Below, piece by piece: positions 20,489-32,784 of a DNA stretch of 64,000 nucleotides. The notes beneath the pieces are model-generated. The model saw only the letters and a program-made list of their open reading frames with translations. It did no database searches and was not told the DNA's origin. Source of the DNA: Nitrospirota bacterium (GTDB taxonomy: Bacteria; Nitrospirota; JACRHJ01); assembly GCA_963845245.1 (NCBI GenBank), contig CAWJRJ010000012.1, positions 32,001 through 96,000 of the forward strand. The letters are read 5' to 3'. Numbering within the stretch: the stretch's first letter is position 1; each line of letters starts with the position of its first letter. A program made the translations under genes and the position numbers.

Positions 20489-21570
20489 TGCTGTATCACC
20501 TGCTTTATCCATTGCACGAACAATACCACGTGTTCAACGTGTTCAGGTATATCACGTTCCGTTTTGCGTCCGCGATTTTGACTGCGCTTCTTATAAGCTT
20601 TATATTCGGCCCCGCTGTGATCAGGAAGCTTCGGGAGTTGAAGGTGGGCCAGCAGGTCAGGTGCGACGGACCTGAGACTCACCTCTGCAAGGCCGGCACT
20701 CCCACGATGGGCGGGATACTGATACTGATGGCGGTCGTCATTCCTACGCTGCTATGGTCAGACCTGCAGAATATCTACGTATGGCTTGTAATAGCGGCAA
20801 CGCTTTGTTTCGGCGCGGTCGGGTTTTACGACGACTACCTGAAGGTCGTCCGCAAGAAGTCCGAAGGCCTGAAGGCGCGGTACAAATTCGGCTGGCAGGT
20901 ACTGATAAGTTTGTGCATCGGGCTTGCGCTTTATTTCAACCCGCTCGACCCGTACAAGACGATGCTGTCGATACCGTTTTTCAAGTCCTGGATAATCAAC
21001 CTGGCATGGTTCTATGTGCCGTTCGTGGTGCTGGTCCTGGTCGGTTCGTCGAATGCAGTAAACCTGACCGACGGCCTTGACGGGCTTGCAATCGGGCTGG
21101 TCGGAATAGCCGCGACCGCGAACGCACTTCTGGTATACGTAACCGGCAACAAGGTGTTCGCAAGCTATCTGCAGGTGATGTACCTGCCCGGTACAGGTGA
21201 GCTTACTGTTTTCTGCGGCGCGCTCATGGGGGCTAGCCTTGGCTTCCTCTGGTACAACTCGCACCCGGCCGAAGTGTTCATGGGCGACGTCGGGAGCCTG
21301 TCGCTGGGTGGTGCGCTCGGCATGCTTGCGATCCTTACCAAGCACGAGATGATACTTGTCATAGTGGGAGGTATATTCGTGGTAGAGGCGCTCTCGGTTA
21401 TTTTTCAGGTCGCATCGTTTAAAAGCCGGGGCAAGCGGATATTCCGGATGGCGCCGGTACACCATCACTTTGAGCAGATAGGATGGGCCGAGTCCAAGGT
21501 TATCGTGCGGTTCTGGCTTGTAGGCATAATACTGGCACTTGTCGGGCTCAGCACCCTTAAACTTCGCTAG
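20488..21570 (+). CDS. mraY: Phospho-MurNAc-pentapeptide transferase
   Basis: [37 protein letters not shown]. Confidence 0.98.
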   Translation: MLYHLLYPLHEQYHVFNVFRYITFRFASAILTALLISFIFGPAVIRKLRELKVGQQVRCDGPETHLCKAGTPTMGGILILMAVVIPTLLWSDLQNIYVWLVIAATLCFGAVGFYDDYLKVVRKKSEGLKARYKFGWQVLISLCIGLALYFNPLDPYKTMLSIPFFKSWIINLAWFYVPFVVLVLVGSSNAVNLTDGLDGLAIGLVGIAATANALLVYVTGNKVFASYLQVMYLPGTGELTVFCGALMGASLGFLWYNSHPAEVFMGDVGSLSLGGALGMLAILTKHEMILVIVGGIFVVEALSVIFQVASFKSRGKRIFRMAPVHHHFEQIGWAESKVIVRFWLVGIILALVGLSTLKLR

Positions 21571-21586
21571 CATCAGGGAGCACAAA

Positions 21587-22522
21587 ATGAAAAAAGTTTT
21601 CTTATGTCTTTTAAGCGCACTTCTCCTTACATCATTAGCCGCAAACTTTGCGTTTGCCGAGGACGACGACTTTTCGGTGTCGGCAAAGGCGGCGGTCGTG
21701 ATGGACGCCGAGACAGGCAAGGTCATAATCTCAAGGAACATGGACATGAAACTCCAGCCGGCATCCACCACCAAGGTGATGACTGCCATAGTCGCCATGG
21801 AGAGGACGAAGCCGACGGACGTGTTCAAGGTCAGCAAGTACGCTTCGTTGATGTCTCCGTCCAAGGTGTACCTCCGCCCCGGCGACGAGGTTACGGTCGA
21901 GGCGCTGCTTTACTCTATGCTCCTGAAAAGCGCGAACGACAGCGCCGCTGCGATCGCGGAAGGCGTCGGGGGAAGCGAGCCCGCATTCGCAAAAATGATG
22001 ACCGACAAGGCACACGAGATCGGAGCGCTGAATTCAAACTTCAGGAACGCGAGCGGGCTTCCCGCGGACGACCATTACACCACCGCTTATGACTTGGCAC
22101 TGATACTGCGGTATGCGATGAGGAGCGAGAGGTTCATGACAATTTCCTCCACCAAGTTCGCCACGCTGAACATGGGCGAGAAGGAGAGGATGTTGTTAAA
22201 GAACCACAACAAGCTGCTGTGGTTCTACGACGGGGCAGGCGCGGGCAAGACCGGCTACACCGTTGCGGCGCGCCACTGCTACGTCGGCGAGGCGTACTGC
22301 AGCAACACCAGGCTGATTGTCGCGGTGCTTAAGAGCCAGGACCTGTGGGGCGACACGAAGAAACTTTTGGACAAGGGCTTCGAGCTGGCAATGACCGGCC
22401 AGACGCTCGCGATGGCGGACACGCCGAACGACGAGCCTGTCATAAGGAAGGCCTCCTATAAGGTTCATAAAAGGGCAGCGCATAAAAAGGTTCACCGCAA
22501 GAAGAGGCGAAGGACATATTGA
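21587..22522 (+). CDS. D-alanyl-D-alanine carboxypeptidase/endopeptidase (peptidase S11, class C PBP)
   Basis: Signal peptide, PASTTK (SxxK), SAN (SxN), KTGYT; basic C-terminal tail. Confidence 0.92.
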   Translation: MKKVFLCLLSALLLTSLAANFAFAEDDDFSVSAKAAVVMDAETGKVIISRNMDMKLQPASTTKVMTAIVAMERTKPTDVFKVSKYASLMSPSKVYLRPGDEVTVEALLYSMLLKSANDSAAAIAEGVGGSEPAFAKMMTDKAHEIGALNSNFRNASGLPADDHYTTAYDLALILRYAMRSERFMTISSTKFATLNMGEKERMLLKNHNKLLWFYDGAGAGKTGYTVAARHCYVGEAYCSNTRLIVAVLKSQDLWGDTKKLLDKGFELAMTGQTLAMADTPNDEPVIRKASYKVHKRAAHKKVHRKKRRRTY

Positions 22523-23883
22523 TAGAAAAATCCGCAAGATATTTTAAAGGAAAACGGATCACGGTAATGGGCCTCGCCAGGAGCGGGGTCGGGGCGACCA
22601 ACCTTTTGCATTCGCTTGGGGCCGCCGTTACAGTTACGGACTCTAAGACCGAAGAATCGTTAAAATCTTTCTCTGATAGCCTCACGCAAGGCATTCAAAA
22701 GGTACTGGGTTCCCACCCGGACGAGCTTTTTACAAAGGCTGACCTCATTGTCGTCTCGCCCGGCGTACCTCTCACGGTCCCGCCGCTTACGAAGGCGCGT
22801 GAGGCCGGCGTAGAGATAATCGGCGAACTCGAACTTGCCTTCCTCGTCTCGAATTCTCCATTCATAGCTATCACCGGCACTAACGGGAAATCCACCACCA
22901 CGTCGCTTACCGGCGAGATGCTTAAGGCCGCCGGGATGAAGACTTATGTCGGCGGCAACCTGGGCAACGCGCTTACCGAGGAGCCGGAGAGACTTGCGGG
23001 TCGGGACTTCATAGTAGCTGAGGTTTCGAGCTTCCAGCTTGAGGCGATAAGGGAGTTCCGTCCGAAGATATCCGCTGTACTGAATATTACCCAGGACCAC
23101 CTGGACCGCTACGCAGACATGGCAGGATATGCCGAAGCCAAGGCCGCCGTGTTCAGGAACCAGAAGGACGGCGACGTGCTCGTACTGAATGCGGACGACC
23201 CTCCGACTGCCGCGCTCAAGGATAGAGCTTCATGCAATGTCGTCTGGTTCTCAAGGAAGAGCAACGTTGAAGACGGCGTGTATCTGAAAAATGGCGTTGT
23301 TACTGCTGTGTCAGGTGGCAAGGATACCGCGGTCATTCCGTCGGAAGAGGTAATGATAAAGGGCGCGCACAACATTGAGAACGCGATGGCCGCAGCGGCG
23401 ATATCACTTTCGGCTGGTGTCAGTCCAGAGGTTATTGCAAAGGTGCTGCGCGAGTTCCCCGGGCTTGAGCACCGCATGGAGTTCGTGCGCGAGCTGGACG
23501 GAGTAATCTATATCAACGACTCGAAGGGGACCAACGTCGGCGCTGTAGAGAAGTCGCTTGAGAGCTTCAAGCAGCCGGTGATACTCATCGCGGGAGGGCT
23601 TGACAAGCACAGCGATTTTGCGCCACTCGCGCCGGTCGTAAAGGAGCGTGTAAAGAAGCTCATACTTATAGGCAGGGCCGCGGACGTCATGAACGATGCG
23701 CTCGGAGCACAGACTGACACAGTCCTCGCGGCAACCCTCGCGGATGCCGTGAAGCTGTCAAGGGATTCCGCCTCACCCGGCGATGTTGTACTGCTTTCGC
23801 CCGCGTGCGCGAGCTTTGATATGTTCAAGGATTTTGAAGACCGAGGCCGCCAGTTCAAGAATCTGGTAAATTCACTTAATTAG
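22519..23883 (+). CDS. murD: UDP-MurNAc-L-Ala:D-Glu ligase
   Basis: GLARSG, GTNGKSTT, EVSSFQLE, DSKGTN, LSPACASFDMF. Confidence 0.97.
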   Translation: MIEKSARYFKGKRITVMGLARSGVGATNLLHSLGAAVTVTDSKTEESLKSFSDSLTQGIQKVLGSHPDELFTKADLIVVSPGVPLTVPPLTKAREAGVEIIGELELAFLVSNSPFIAITGTNGKSTTTSLTGEMLKAAGMKTYVGGNLGNALTEEPERLAGRDFIVAEVSSFQLEAIREFRPKISAVLNITQDHLDRYADMAGYAEAKAAVFRNQKDGDVLVLNADDPPTAALKDRASCNVVWFSRKSNVEDGVYLKNGVVTAVSGGKDTAVIPSEEVMIKGAHNIENAMAAAAISLSAGVSPEVIAKVLREFPGLEHRMEFVRELDGVIYINDSKGTNVGAVEKSLESFKQPVILIAGGLDKHSDFAPLAPVVKERVKKLILIGRAADVMNDALGAQTDTVLAATLADAVKLSRDSASPGDVVLLSPACASFDMFKDFEDRGRQFKNLVNSLN

Positions 23884-23941
23884 TCGTACCTTTCTTTTAC
23901 GAGAAAGAAAGGTACCCAAAGAAAACGGCAACTTAAAAGTT

Positions 23942-25081
23942 ATGTTTAAGCGCTTACAGGAAGACAGGCTGTTGTTGCTCTCGACGCTGATACTCGTCGC
24001 GTTCGGGCTGCTGATGGTTTACTCAGCCAGCTCGGTAATGGCGCTGAGGCGTTACGGGGACTCCGCCTATTTCCTGAAACGCCAGGCAATATGGGCGGGC
24101 GGCGGCCTGGTCGCGATGTACGTGGCCTGGAAGATGGATTACAGGAAGTTCAAGTATATATCGCTCCCGTTGCTTGCGGTGATGTTCATCCTTCTTGTGC
24201 TTGTTCTTGTGCCGGGCATAGGGGCGGAGATAAATGGTGCGAAGAGGTGGGTGCGGATCGCCGGACTTTCGTTCCAGCCGTCGGAGTTTGCGAAGCTTGT
24301 GCTGATAGTGGTCGTTGCGGCGTCGCTTGCGAAGCGCGCCGACAAGCTTTCCGACTTCTGGTTCGGGTTGGGGCCGTACCTGCTGCTCTCGGGTGCGTTC
24401 ATGCTGCTTATAGTAATAGAGCCTGATCTTGGCACTGCGGCCGCTTTGGGTGTAGTCATAATAACCATGCTGTTCGTGGCAGGGGCGAAGCCCGCGCATA
24501 TGCTCTACATGGGGCTTGCTGTAACGCCGGTGCTCTACTACGAGCTTATGCATGTCAGCTTCAGGCTGAAGAGGCTTATGGTGTATATAGACCCGTGGCA
24601 GGACCCGCTTGGGAAGGGCTTCCAGACGATACAGTCCTTCCTCGCGTTCGGCGGCGGCGGGCTTACCGGTCTTGGGCTTGGCGAGAGCAGGCAGAAGCTC
24701 CTGTTCCTGCCCGAGCCGCACAGCGACTTCATCTTCTCGGTGATAGGCGAGGAGTTCGGGCTATTGGGAGCAATGGCTGTTGCGCTGCTGTTCGCGCTCT
24801 TTACGCTTTGCGGCATAAGGCTTGCCCTGAAGTGCCAGGACAGGTTCGGCAGCCTCCTCGCGTTCGGGCTTACCCTGATGATTGGGCTGCAGTCGATTAT
24901 AAACATGGGCGTGACCACAGGCCTTTTTCCGAACAAGGGGATGCCGCTTCCGTTCATAAGTGCCGGAGGCTCGTCCATATTCGTCGCGCTGCTTTCGGTG
25001 GGCATGCTCCTGAGCATCGCCAGGGGCAACGGCTCGCGGGTTGGGGGCGAAGGCGGCCCGTCCATGCAGGCGGCCAGGTAA
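23942..25081 (+). CDS. ftsW: SEDS peptidoglycan polymerase FtsW
   Basis: GAKRW, FQPSEFAK, EPDLG, LPEPHSDFIFS. Confidence 0.96.
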   Translation: MFKRLQEDRLLLLSTLILVAFGLLMVYSASSVMALRRYGDSAYFLKRQAIWAGGGLVAMYVAWKMDYRKFKYISLPLLAVMFILLVLVLVPGIGAEINGAKRWVRIAGLSFQPSEFAKLVLIVVVAASLAKRADKLSDFWFGLGPYLLLSGAFMLLIVIEPDLGTAAALGVVIITMLFVAGAKPAHMLYMGLAVTPVLYYELMHVSFRLKRLMVYIDPWQDPLGKGFQTIQSFLAFGGGGLTGLGLGESRQKLLFLPEPHSDFIFSVIGEEFGLLGAMAVALLFALFTLCGIRLALKCQDRFGSLLAFGLTLMIGLQSIINMGVTTGLFPNKGMPLPFISAGGSSIFVALLSVGMLLSIARGNGSRVGGEGGPSMQAAR

Positions 25082-25082
25082 T

Positions 25083-26174
25083 ATGAAAAGGCTTCTGATA
25101 GCAGGCGGCGGTACCGGCGGGCATCTGTACCCGGGCGTTGCGGTTGCGATGGAGGCCCAGAAAGAAGGTATCGAGGTGCTGTTCATCGGCACCGAGAAGG
25201 GTATCGAGGCAAGGGTACTAAAAAAAGAAGGATTTAAACTCAGGACTATCAAGGCGGGACGGCTAAAGGGTATGGGGATGGCTGAAAAGATAAGGACACT
25301 GACAGGCATTCCTGGCGGCATATTCCAGGCGGCCGGGATAATCAGGGAGTTTGGACCGCAGGCCGTGATAGGCGTGGGCGGGTACGCATCGTTCCCCGCA
25401 GTCGCCGCCGCGAGGCTGACGGGCATACCCGTTGTGATTCAGGAGCAGAATGCATACCCGGGCCTTACCAACAGGATACTGGGCAAGATAGCGGATGCGG
25501 TCGCAATCGGGTTTGAGGATGCCGCGGGTTTTTTCCCGAAAGGCAGGTCGGTGTTCACCGGTAACCCGATACGCGGCGGGATGCTTGCGACAGACAGAGG
25601 CGCGGCGCTTGATGCGTGGGGACTTAAGCACGGTATGTTCACCGTACTGGTGTTCGGCGGAAGCGGCGGCGCGCATACAATAAATAAAGGGATGACCGAC
25701 GCCCTTGCAGTGCTTGCCGGGCTTGAAGGCAGCATGCAGTTCATACACCAGACCGGAGAAAAGGACCTGAAGATGGTGGAGGACGCATATGCGGGCACCG
25801 GGTTTACGGCTAAGGTCAGCCCGTTCATATACGACATGGCAGGCGCCTATGCATGCGCCGACCTGGTAGTCTGCCGATCAGGAGCGCTCACGCTTGCGGA
25901 GTTGACGGCGCTCGGGAAGCCGGCGTTGCTGGTCCCGTACCCGTTCGCTGCGAACAACCATCAGGTGGCAAACGCGCGTTCTCTTGAGAAGTCCGGCGCC
26001 GCGAAGGTAATTGTGGACGGCGAAGCAACGGGCGAGAGGCTTGCCTCTGAGATAAAGGGTCTTATGGATGACAATGACGCGCTGGCCGTGATGTCCGGCA
26101 GGTGCCTTGCGCTTGGGAAACCGGGTGCGGCCAGCGCTGTATTACAGCTTGTTAAAAGCTTGATGAAAGGCTGA
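25083..26174 (+). CDS. murG: Lipid II GlcNAc transferase
   Basis: [28 protein letters not shown]. Confidence 0.97.
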   Translation: MKRLLIAGGGTGGHLYPGVAVAMEAQKEGIEVLFIGTEKGIEARVLKKEGFKLRTIKAGRLKGMGMAEKIRTLTGIPGGIFQAAGIIREFGPQAVIGVGGYASFPAVAAARLTGIPVVIQEQNAYPGLTNRILGKIADAVAIGFEDAAGFFPKGRSVFTGNPIRGGMLATDRGAALDAWGLKHGMFTVLVFGGSGGAHTINKGMTDALAVLAGLEGSMQFIHQTGEKDLKMVEDAYAGTGFTAKVSPFIYDMAGAYACADLVVCRSGALTLAELTALGKPALLVPYPFAANNHQVANARSLEKSGAAKVIVDGEATGERLASEIKGLMDDNDALAVMSGRCLALGKPGAASAVLQLVKSLMKG

Positions 26175-26179
26175 GGAAA

Positions 26180-27562
26180 TTGTACAAGAAATTCCGTCAT
26201 ATACATTTCGTTGGGATAGGCGGCGTCGGGATGAGCGGCATCGCGGAGGTCCTTTTGAACCTCGACTACAAGGTGAGCGGGTCCGACCTTCGGGCCTCTG
26301 AGACAACGCAGAGGCTTGAGTCGCTCGGCGCGACAATATTTATAGGACACCGCGCGGAGAACGTGGACGATGCTCATGTCGTGGTCGTTTCCTCTGCGGT
26401 GAAGGCGGACAACCCCGAATATGCAGCGGCCAAGGAAAGACAGGTCCCTGTCATACCGCGCGCAGAGATGCTCGCAGAGCTTATGCGCCTGAAATACGGC
26501 ATAGCGGTTGCGGGCGCGCACGGCAAGACCACAACTACATCGATGGTTGCTACGGTCCTCGCGAAGGGCGGCATAGACCCGACGGTCGTGATAGGCGGAA
26601 AGCTGAACAGCCTCAGCTCGGGCGCGAAGCTCGGGCAGGGCGAGTTCCTCGTAGCCGAGGCGGACGAGTCTGATGGAAGTTTCCTGCTGCTCTCACCAAC
26701 GATTGCCGTCGTAACAAACATCGACGAAGAACACCTCGACCACTACACCGGGGGCATAGAACAGATAAAGGATGCATTCCTGGAATTCATCAACAAGATA
26801 CCGTTCTACGGGCTGGCGATACTGTGCCTGGACGAGAAGCACATACAGGACCTGATACCGCAGATCAAGAAAAGGTACAGTACCTACGGGCTCACCACGC
26901 AGGCCGACACATATGCGCGCGACATAGAGTTTAAAGGCATGGGCTCGCGGTTCGAGGTCTTCCACAAGGGACAGAGCATTGGCATGTTCGAGCTTGCGGT
27001 GCCGGGTCTTCACAGCGTATACAACGCGCTCGCGGCGATTGCCGTGGGGCTTGAGCTTGATATGGACGTGGACACCATACGCGAGGCGCTGAAAGAGTTC
27101 GGCGGCCTGCACAGAAGGTTCTACGTAAAGGGTGAGGTGAACGGCGTGATGGTGGTGGACGACTACGGGCATCACCCGACCGAGATAAAGGCTACGCTTG
27201 CGGGCGCGAAGATAGGCTGGGACAGGCGCACTTTCGTTGTGTTCCAGCCGCACAGGTACACTCGCACCCGCGACCTGATGAAGGAGTTTTTCACCGCGTT
27301 CAACCAGGCCGACAGGCTGGTGGTGATGGATATATACCCGGCAGGCGAGAAGCCCATCGAGGGCGTTTCAGCGAAGATGCTGCTCGACGGCATCAAGAGC
27401 CGCGGACACAAGGACGCCACGCTCATCGAGGACCCGGCAGAAGTCGTGGACTGGGTAGCGAAGAACGTCGAGCCGGGCGACATTTTGATAACGCTTGGTG
27501 CGGGCGACGTCTGGAAGGTCGGCGAGGCGGTGCTTGGCAGGTTGAAGGAACATGAGGCCTGA
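26180..27562 (+). CDS. murC: UDP-MurNAc:L-Ala ligase
   Basis: [38 protein letters not shown]. Confidence 0.98.
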   Translation: MYKKFRHIHFVGIGGVGMSGIAEVLLNLDYKVSGSDLRASETTQRLESLGATIFIGHRAENVDDAHVVVVSSAVKADNPEYAAAKERQVPVIPRAEMLAELMRLKYGIAVAGAHGKTTTTSMVATVLAKGGIDPTVVIGGKLNSLSSGAKLGQGEFLVAEADESDGSFLLLSPTIAVVTNIDEEHLDHYTGGIEQIKDAFLEFINKIPFYGLAILCLDEKHIQDLIPQIKKRYSTYGLTTQADTYARDIEFKGMGSRFEVFHKGQSIGMFELAVPGLHSVYNALAAIAVGLELDMDVDTIREALKEFGGLHRRFYVKGEVNGVMVVDDYGHHPTEIKATLAGAKIGWDRRTFVVFQPHRYTRTRDLMKEFFTAFNQADRLVVMDIYPAGEKPIEGVSAKMLLDGIKSRGHKDATLIEDPAEVVDWVAKNVEPGDILITLGAGDVWKVGEAVLGRLKEHEA

Positions 27563-28472
27563 GGCCGTCCTTAAGGACGCCGGGTTTGCCGGTGAGGTCA
27601 GGCTTTCCGAGCCGATGTCGAAGCATACATCACTCGGGATCGGCGGACCCGCAGAGGCGATGGCCTACCCTGAGAGCATGGAAGAACTGGCAAGGCTGAC
27701 AGGCATTGCGAACAAGAACGGCGTCCCGGTTTTTTATCTCGGGAACGGGACGAACATACTGGTGCTGGACGGGGGGATACCCGGACTGGTCATAAACATG
27801 AAGAAGCTCGACTGGCTTGAACTCCAGCACGGCGGAGCAGGCACCTCACAGGTGCATGCGGGCGCGGGCGTCATGCTCCCGAGGCTGGTTTCGTACTGCA
27901 CCGAAAACGGGCTGACCGGGCTTGAGTTTCTGGCCGGGATACCGGGCACCGTCGGTGGTGCCATCTCGATGAACGCGGGCACCAAAGAGGCAGAGATGAA
28001 GGATGTGCTCACTTCCGTGACGGTCATAGGCAAGGACGGGACAATCGAGAAAAAGATGCCGTCTGAGCTTGATATGCAATACAGGCGCACCGGGATACCG
28101 GCGGATTCGGTTGTCGCGGATTCATCCTTCGCGGTGCTGCCCTGGCCCAAGGAAGAGGTGAAGGAGAAGGTTGCTGCGAATATCAGAATGCGCAAGGCGA
28201 CTCAGCCGGCAGGAGTCAGGAGCGCGGGCTCCACGTTCAAGAACCCGCCCGGATACTCTGCCTGGAAACTGATTGACATGGCCGGCATGAGGGGGAAGCA
28301 GGTGGGGCATGCACAGGTGAGCACGATGCATACGAACTTCCTGATAAACCTGGGCGGCGCTACCGCGAGTGACTTCAAGGCCCTGATGGACATGGTGATA
28401 AAGGCGGTCCAGGACAAGCTTAACATAACCCTGGAACCGGAAATAAAAATAGTAGGGGTAGAATTGACATGA
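27552..28472 (+). CDS. murB: UDP-N-acetylenolpyruvoylglucosamine reductase
   Basis: [32 protein letters not shown]. Confidence 0.96.
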   Translation: MRPEAVLKDAGFAGEVRLSEPMSKHTSLGIGGPAEAMAYPESMEELARLTGIANKNGVPVFYLGNGTNILVLDGGIPGLVINMKKLDWLELQHGGAGTSQVHAGAGVMLPRLVSYCTENGLTGLEFLAGIPGTVGGAISMNAGTKEAEMKDVLTSVTVIGKDGTIEKKMPSELDMQYRRTGIPADSVVADSSFAVLPWPKEEVKEKVAANIRMRKATQPAGVRSAGSTFKNPPGYSAWKLIDMAGMRGKQVGHAQVSTMHTNFLINLGGATASDFKALMDMVIKAVQDKLNITLEPEIKIVGVELT

Positions 28473-29407
28473 TCGATGCGTTGGCAAAGAAGAAAATTGG
28501 CGTGATAATGGGCGGCCTCTCGGCCGAGAAGGATGTATCCATGACCTCCGGCGGCGCGGTAATGGCCGCCCTCGAGGGGGCCGGCTACAACGTGCACCCC
28601 ATATACTTCAACGGCCCCGGTGTCATAGACGAGATACGCAATGTATCGCCCGATGTCGTGTTCCTTGCGCTCCACGGCCGATACGGAGAGGACGGGACGA
28701 TACAGGGGCTGCTCGAGATAATGGGTATACCCTACACCGGCTCGGGTGTGGCGGGTTCCGCACTTGCGATGGACAAGTCCGTCACCAAAAAACTTCTCAA
28801 ATATCACGGTATACCGACCGCCGAGTTTGTGACGCTCTGGAAGGACAGGTTCGACCCGAAGAACACAATGGCCGAATGCATCGGATACCCGCTGGTGGTA
28901 AAGCCGTCCACGCTTGGCTCGACCATAGGCATGAGCTTCGTTTACGAGGAGAAGGACCTGTTGCCTGCAATCGAGCAGGCGTTTAAGCACGACCGCGAAG
29001 TGCTGCTTGAAAAGTTCATCGAGGGCCGTGAGATAACGGCGGGGATACTCGACGGCCGGAAGCTCCCGCTGGTGGAGATAGTAACACCGAAGGGCGTGTA
29101 CGACTTTGAGGCAAAGTACGAGTCCCACGATACGATATATGTCTGCCCTGCGGAAGTAGACGAAAAGACCCGGGAGAAGCTTCAGGGTATGGCCTTGGAC
29201 GTGTTCAACCTTTTGCAAGGCCACAGCGTCGGGCGCGTCGATTTCAGACTCGATAAAGAGGGCAATCCTTACGTGCTTGAGATGAACACGCTGCCCGGGA
29301 TGACCGGCACCAGCCTTCTACCGAAGGCGGCGGCAGCCGTAGGGATAGATTTCCCAGGGCTTGTCGAAACAATACTTATGGGAGCATTTAAAAGAGATGC
29401 GCGGTAA
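28469..29407 (+). CDS. ddl: D-alanine--D-alanine ligase
   Basis: GGLSAEKDVS, LHGRYGEDG, YDFEAKY, EMNTLPG. Confidence 0.97.
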   Translation: MIDALAKKKIGVIMGGLSAEKDVSMTSGGAVMAALEGAGYNVHPIYFNGPGVIDEIRNVSPDVVFLALHGRYGEDGTIQGLLEIMGIPYTGSGVAGSALAMDKSVTKKLLKYHGIPTAEFVTLWKDRFDPKNTMAECIGYPLVVKPSTLGSTIGMSFVYEEKDLLPAIEQAFKHDREVLLEKFIEGREITAGILDGRKLPLVEIVTPKGVYDFEAKYESHDTIYVCPAEVDEKTREKLQGMALDVFNLLQGHSVGRVDFRLDKEGNPYVLEMNTLPGMTGTSLLPKAAAAVGIDFPGLVETILMGAFKRDAR

Positions 29408-30252
29408 GGCTGTAAGGCCCAAGGCACGTATATCTAATAAGAGACGGCTGCTGAAGCTGCTTCCGCTGATGCTTGCTGATTGCGGCCGTGGTAGGCGCAA
29501 TAGTAGCCATACCGCTTGCGGCAAACGCAGCGTACAGGTATGTGTCCGCGCTCCCGTTCCTCTCTGTTAAGCAGGTCAAGGTAACTGGCCTCAAGTATGT
29601 GCGGAGCGAGGATTTTCTGGTTTACCTGGGCGACCCGAAGGGGACTGGAATATTGAAATACGACATGAAACAGGCAGTAGAGAAGGGTATGCAGCACCCG
29701 TGGATCAAATCTATTGTCGCCAGGCGGGACTTTCCGGGAACTGTGAGGCTGGAGGTTATAGAGAGGAAGCCAGCAGCCGTCGTGGCGACAGGTTCCGGCA
29801 ATTACCTCATAGACGGGGACGGCATCGCGATGGCCAGGATACCGGGCAGCGGTTGGGAGTTCCTGCCGGTCGTGGCATATCCTTCGGCGCATGGCCTGAG
29901 GCTGGTGGACGGGACAACAGCCGGCACGCTGAAAGCGGCGCTGGAGCTATTGACAGTCGCAAAGGCGGAGCCGTCCGAGAGGCTTGCAGGGGCGAGGGCA
30001 GCCATAGAAGCTGACGGCTCACCGAGCCTGATACTCAACGGCGCAAGGGTCATGGTCGGCAAGGATGGTTTCGCGGAGAAGGTATGCAGGCTTGCGGAGA
30101 TATCGGGGGACATGCAGAAACGAGGGGTGAGGCCAACCATGATAGATCTGCGGTTTCCGGGCAAGGTCATAGTAAAAAACGGGGGCGCGGCTACAGACGG
30201 CAACGGCAATTCCGAGGTGGAAGGGGGGCGGATAGTTGGGCAAGCACGATAA
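29397..30252 (+). CDS. ftsQ: Cell division protein FtsQ, +1 frameshift near 29474
   Basis: Basic N-terminus from ATG 29397, TM, POTRA (PWIKSIVARRDFPGTV), IDLRF; between ddl and ftsA. Confidence 0.9.
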
Positions 30253-31468
30253 CATAATCGTAGGGCTTGACATAGGCACCACCAAGATATGCGCGATAGT
30301 GGGCGAGGTGAAAGAGGACGGCCGGGTCGACATAATAGGCATCGGCAGCCACCCGTCGCGCGGCCTTCGGAAGGGCGTTGTAGTTAACATCGAGAGTACC
30401 GTCGAGTCCATAAAGAAGGCGGTTGAGGAGGCCGAGCTGATGGCCGGAGTGGAGATAAACGCGGTCTACACCGGCATCGCGGGCAACCACATAAAGAGCT
30501 TCAACAGCCGAGGCGTGATAGCGATCAAGGACCGCGAGATATCAAAGGCGGACGTGGAGCGCGTGATAGATGCGGCAAAGGCGGTTGCGATCCCGATGGA
30601 CAGGGAGGTGCTGCATGTTCTTCCGCAGGAGTTCACCATAGACGACCAGGACGGCATAAAGGAGCCGCTCGGCATGAGCGGGGTCAGGCTCGAGGCTGAG
30701 GTGCACATCATAACGGGCGCGGTCACATCCGCCCAGAACATCGTGAAGAGCTGTAACCGCGCCGGCCTCGACGTGCTGGACATCGTACTCGAGCCGCTTG
30801 CGTCAAGCTATTCCGTCTTGAGCCAGGATGAGAAGGAGCTTGGGGTAGCAGTCATTGACGTCGGCGGCGGCACCACGGATATTGCCATATTCCTTGAAGG
30901 CGGTATATGGCACACGGCAGTGCTGGGCATAGGCGGCAACCACCTTACGAACGACATTGCAGTCGGACTGAGGACGCCGTCCTCCGAGGCGGAGAAGATA
31001 AAGAAGAAGTACGGATGCGCCATGACGATGCTTGTCAGGGACGACGAGACCATAGAGGTCGCAAGCGTCGGAGGCCGCCCGCCGAGGGTGCTTTCACGCC
31101 AGGTGCTGTCAGAGATAATAGAGCCAAGGGTCGAGGAGATATTCGGTCTGGTACTGAAGGAGCTTAGGAAGACCGGCTTCGAGGAGCGCGTCGCGTCTGG
31201 CGTTGTGGTAACAGGCGGAACATCGATACTGGAAGGCATACCCGAGGCGGCAGAGCGCGTGATGGAGCTTCCGGCAAGGCGCGGGCTTCCGATGAACATC
31301 GGTGGCCTGGTTGATGTAGTGAACTCACCTATGTATGCGACCGGCGTCGGGCTGGTGCTTTTCGGGGCACAGCAGGCCGGGTCGGGTAAGGTAAGAAGGA
31401 TTTCGGATGGCAACCTATTTACTAAGGTTTTTAACCGTATGAAGGAATGGATGGAAGGATTTTTTTAA
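30236..31468 (+). CDS. ftsA: Cell division protein FtsA
   Basis: GLDIGTTK, DVGGGTTD, C-terminal amphipathic RMKEWMEGFF. Confidence 0.98.
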   Translation: MGKHDNIIVGLDIGTTKICAIVGEVKEDGRVDIIGIGSHPSRGLRKGVVVNIESTVESIKKAVEEAELMAGVEINAVYTGIAGNHIKSFNSRGVIAIKDREISKADVERVIDAAKAVAIPMDREVLHVLPQEFTIDDQDGIKEPLGMSGVRLEAEVHIITGAVTSAQNIVKSCNRAGLDVLDIVLEPLASSYSVLSQDEKELGVAVIDVGGGTTDIAIFLEGGIWHTAVLGIGGNHLTNDIAVGLRTPSSEAEKIKKKYGCAMTMLVRDDETIEVASVGGRPPRVLSRQVLSEIIEPRVEEIFGLVLKELRKTGFEERVASGVVVTGGTSILEGIPEAAERVMELPARRGLPMNIGGLVDVVNSPMYATGVGLVLFGAQQAGSGKVRRISDGNLFTKVFNRMKEWMEGFF

Positions 31469-31522
31469 GTTAACTGGGGTGGCCGGGGGCGGTTGCTCCA
31501 CACTCAATGAAAGGGGGCATTG

Positions 31523-32776
31523 ATGCTTGAGTTCTGCGAAGAAACCAGAAGGAGCGCCAACATCAAGGTAATCGGTGTAGGCGGGGGCGGCGGAAACGCA
31601 GTCAACACGATGATAGCCGCAGGGTTGACTGGGGTGGAGTTCATCACGGCCAACACGGACCTGCAGTCGCTGGAGAGGTCGCTTGCGTCGCAGAAGATCC
31701 AGATTGGCGCGCAGCTGACCCGAGGGCTTGGTGCAGGTGCAAACCCGACAGTCGGACGCCACGCGGCCCAGGAGGACGTGGACACGATCCGCGAAGCGCT
31801 GACAGGAGCCGACATGGTCTTCGTGACCTGCGGCATGGGCGGCGGTACCGGTACTGGCGCGGCCCCGGTGATCGCCCAGATAGCACGCGAGATGGGCGCG
31901 CTCACGGTCGCGGTCGTGACCAAGCCGTTCATGTTCGAAGGCAAGCAGAGGATGCGCCAGGCGGAACACGGCCTGGACGAATTGAAGAAGGCCGTCGATA
32001 CCATCATCACGATACCGAACCAGAGGCTGCTGGGTGTAATCGACAAGCGCACGCCGTTCAAGCAGGCGTTCACCATCGTCGACGACGTGCTCAGGCAGGC
32101 GGTGCAGGGCATATCCGACGTCATCATGATGAACGGCTACATCAACCTAGACTTCGCCGACGTCAAGACTGTCATGTCCTCGATGGGCAGGGCGGTCATG
32201 GGCACCGGCGTCGCCACGGGCGACAACAGGGCCATTGAGGCGGCGCAAAAGGCGATATCGAGCCCGCTGCTAGAGGAAGGCACCATAGACGGCGCAAGGG
32301 GTGTCCTCATCAACATAACTGGCGGCCCGGACCTTACGATGACCGAGGTAATCGAGGCATCCAGCATAATCCAGGAAGCGGCCGACGAGGATGCGAACAT
32401 CATCTTCGGTTCCGTCATCAACGAACTGATGGAAGATGAGGTCTGTGTGACGGTGATTGCCACAGGCTTCGAGCTCAACGCCGTCTCTCAGGCGGTGAGG
32501 CTCGACGAGAAGCCGGTACACAAGGCTATTAACGTCGGCATACCGGTACATGCCGGATACCACGCGCCTCCCGCACATGAGGTCGCTGAGCTTTCCATAG
32601 GCGAGGAGAAGATCCTCGGCAAGGCCGCAAACCTCAAGGCATTCATGGAGAAGACGGTGGACAAGCCCACGTACCTCAGGAAGGCGGCTGGCATGGATTT
32701 CAGGAACGAGTCCCTTGGAATTGACGACGACGACGAGCTTGACGTGCCGACCTTCCTCAGGAGGCAGGCGGACTAA
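31523..32776 (+). CDS. ftsZ: Cell division protein FtsZ (canonical)
   Basis: [27 protein letters not shown]-terminal peptide [12 protein letters not shown]. Confidence 0.99.
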   Translation: MLEFCEETRRSANIKVIGVGGGGGNAVNTMIAAGLTGVEFITANTDLQSLERSLASQKIQIGAQLTRGLGAGANPTVGRHAAQEDVDTIREALTGADMVFVTCGMGGGTGTGAAPVIAQIAREMGALTVAVVTKPFMFEGKQRMRQAEHGLDELKKAVDTIITIPNQRLLGVIDKRTPFKQAFTIVDDVLRQAVQGISDVIMMNGYINLDFADVKTVMSSMGRAVMGTGVATGDNRAIEAAQKAISSPLLEEGTIDGARGVLINITGGPDLTMTEVIEASSIIQEAADEDANIIFGSVINELMEDEVCVTVIATGFELNAVSQAVRLDEKPVHKAINVGIPVHAGYHAPPAHEVAELSIGEEKILGKAANLKAFMEKTVDKPTYLRKAAGMDFRNESLGIDDDDELDVPTFLRRQAD

Positions 32777-32784
32777 GGCATAAG

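Noticed and set aside
20758..21864. Long antisense ORFs (for example 20758-21864, 28202-29224, 53941-55125 and those in 61865-63868)
   Set aside because: Shadow frames opposite well-supported genes in GC-rich DNA, with no recognisable motifs.
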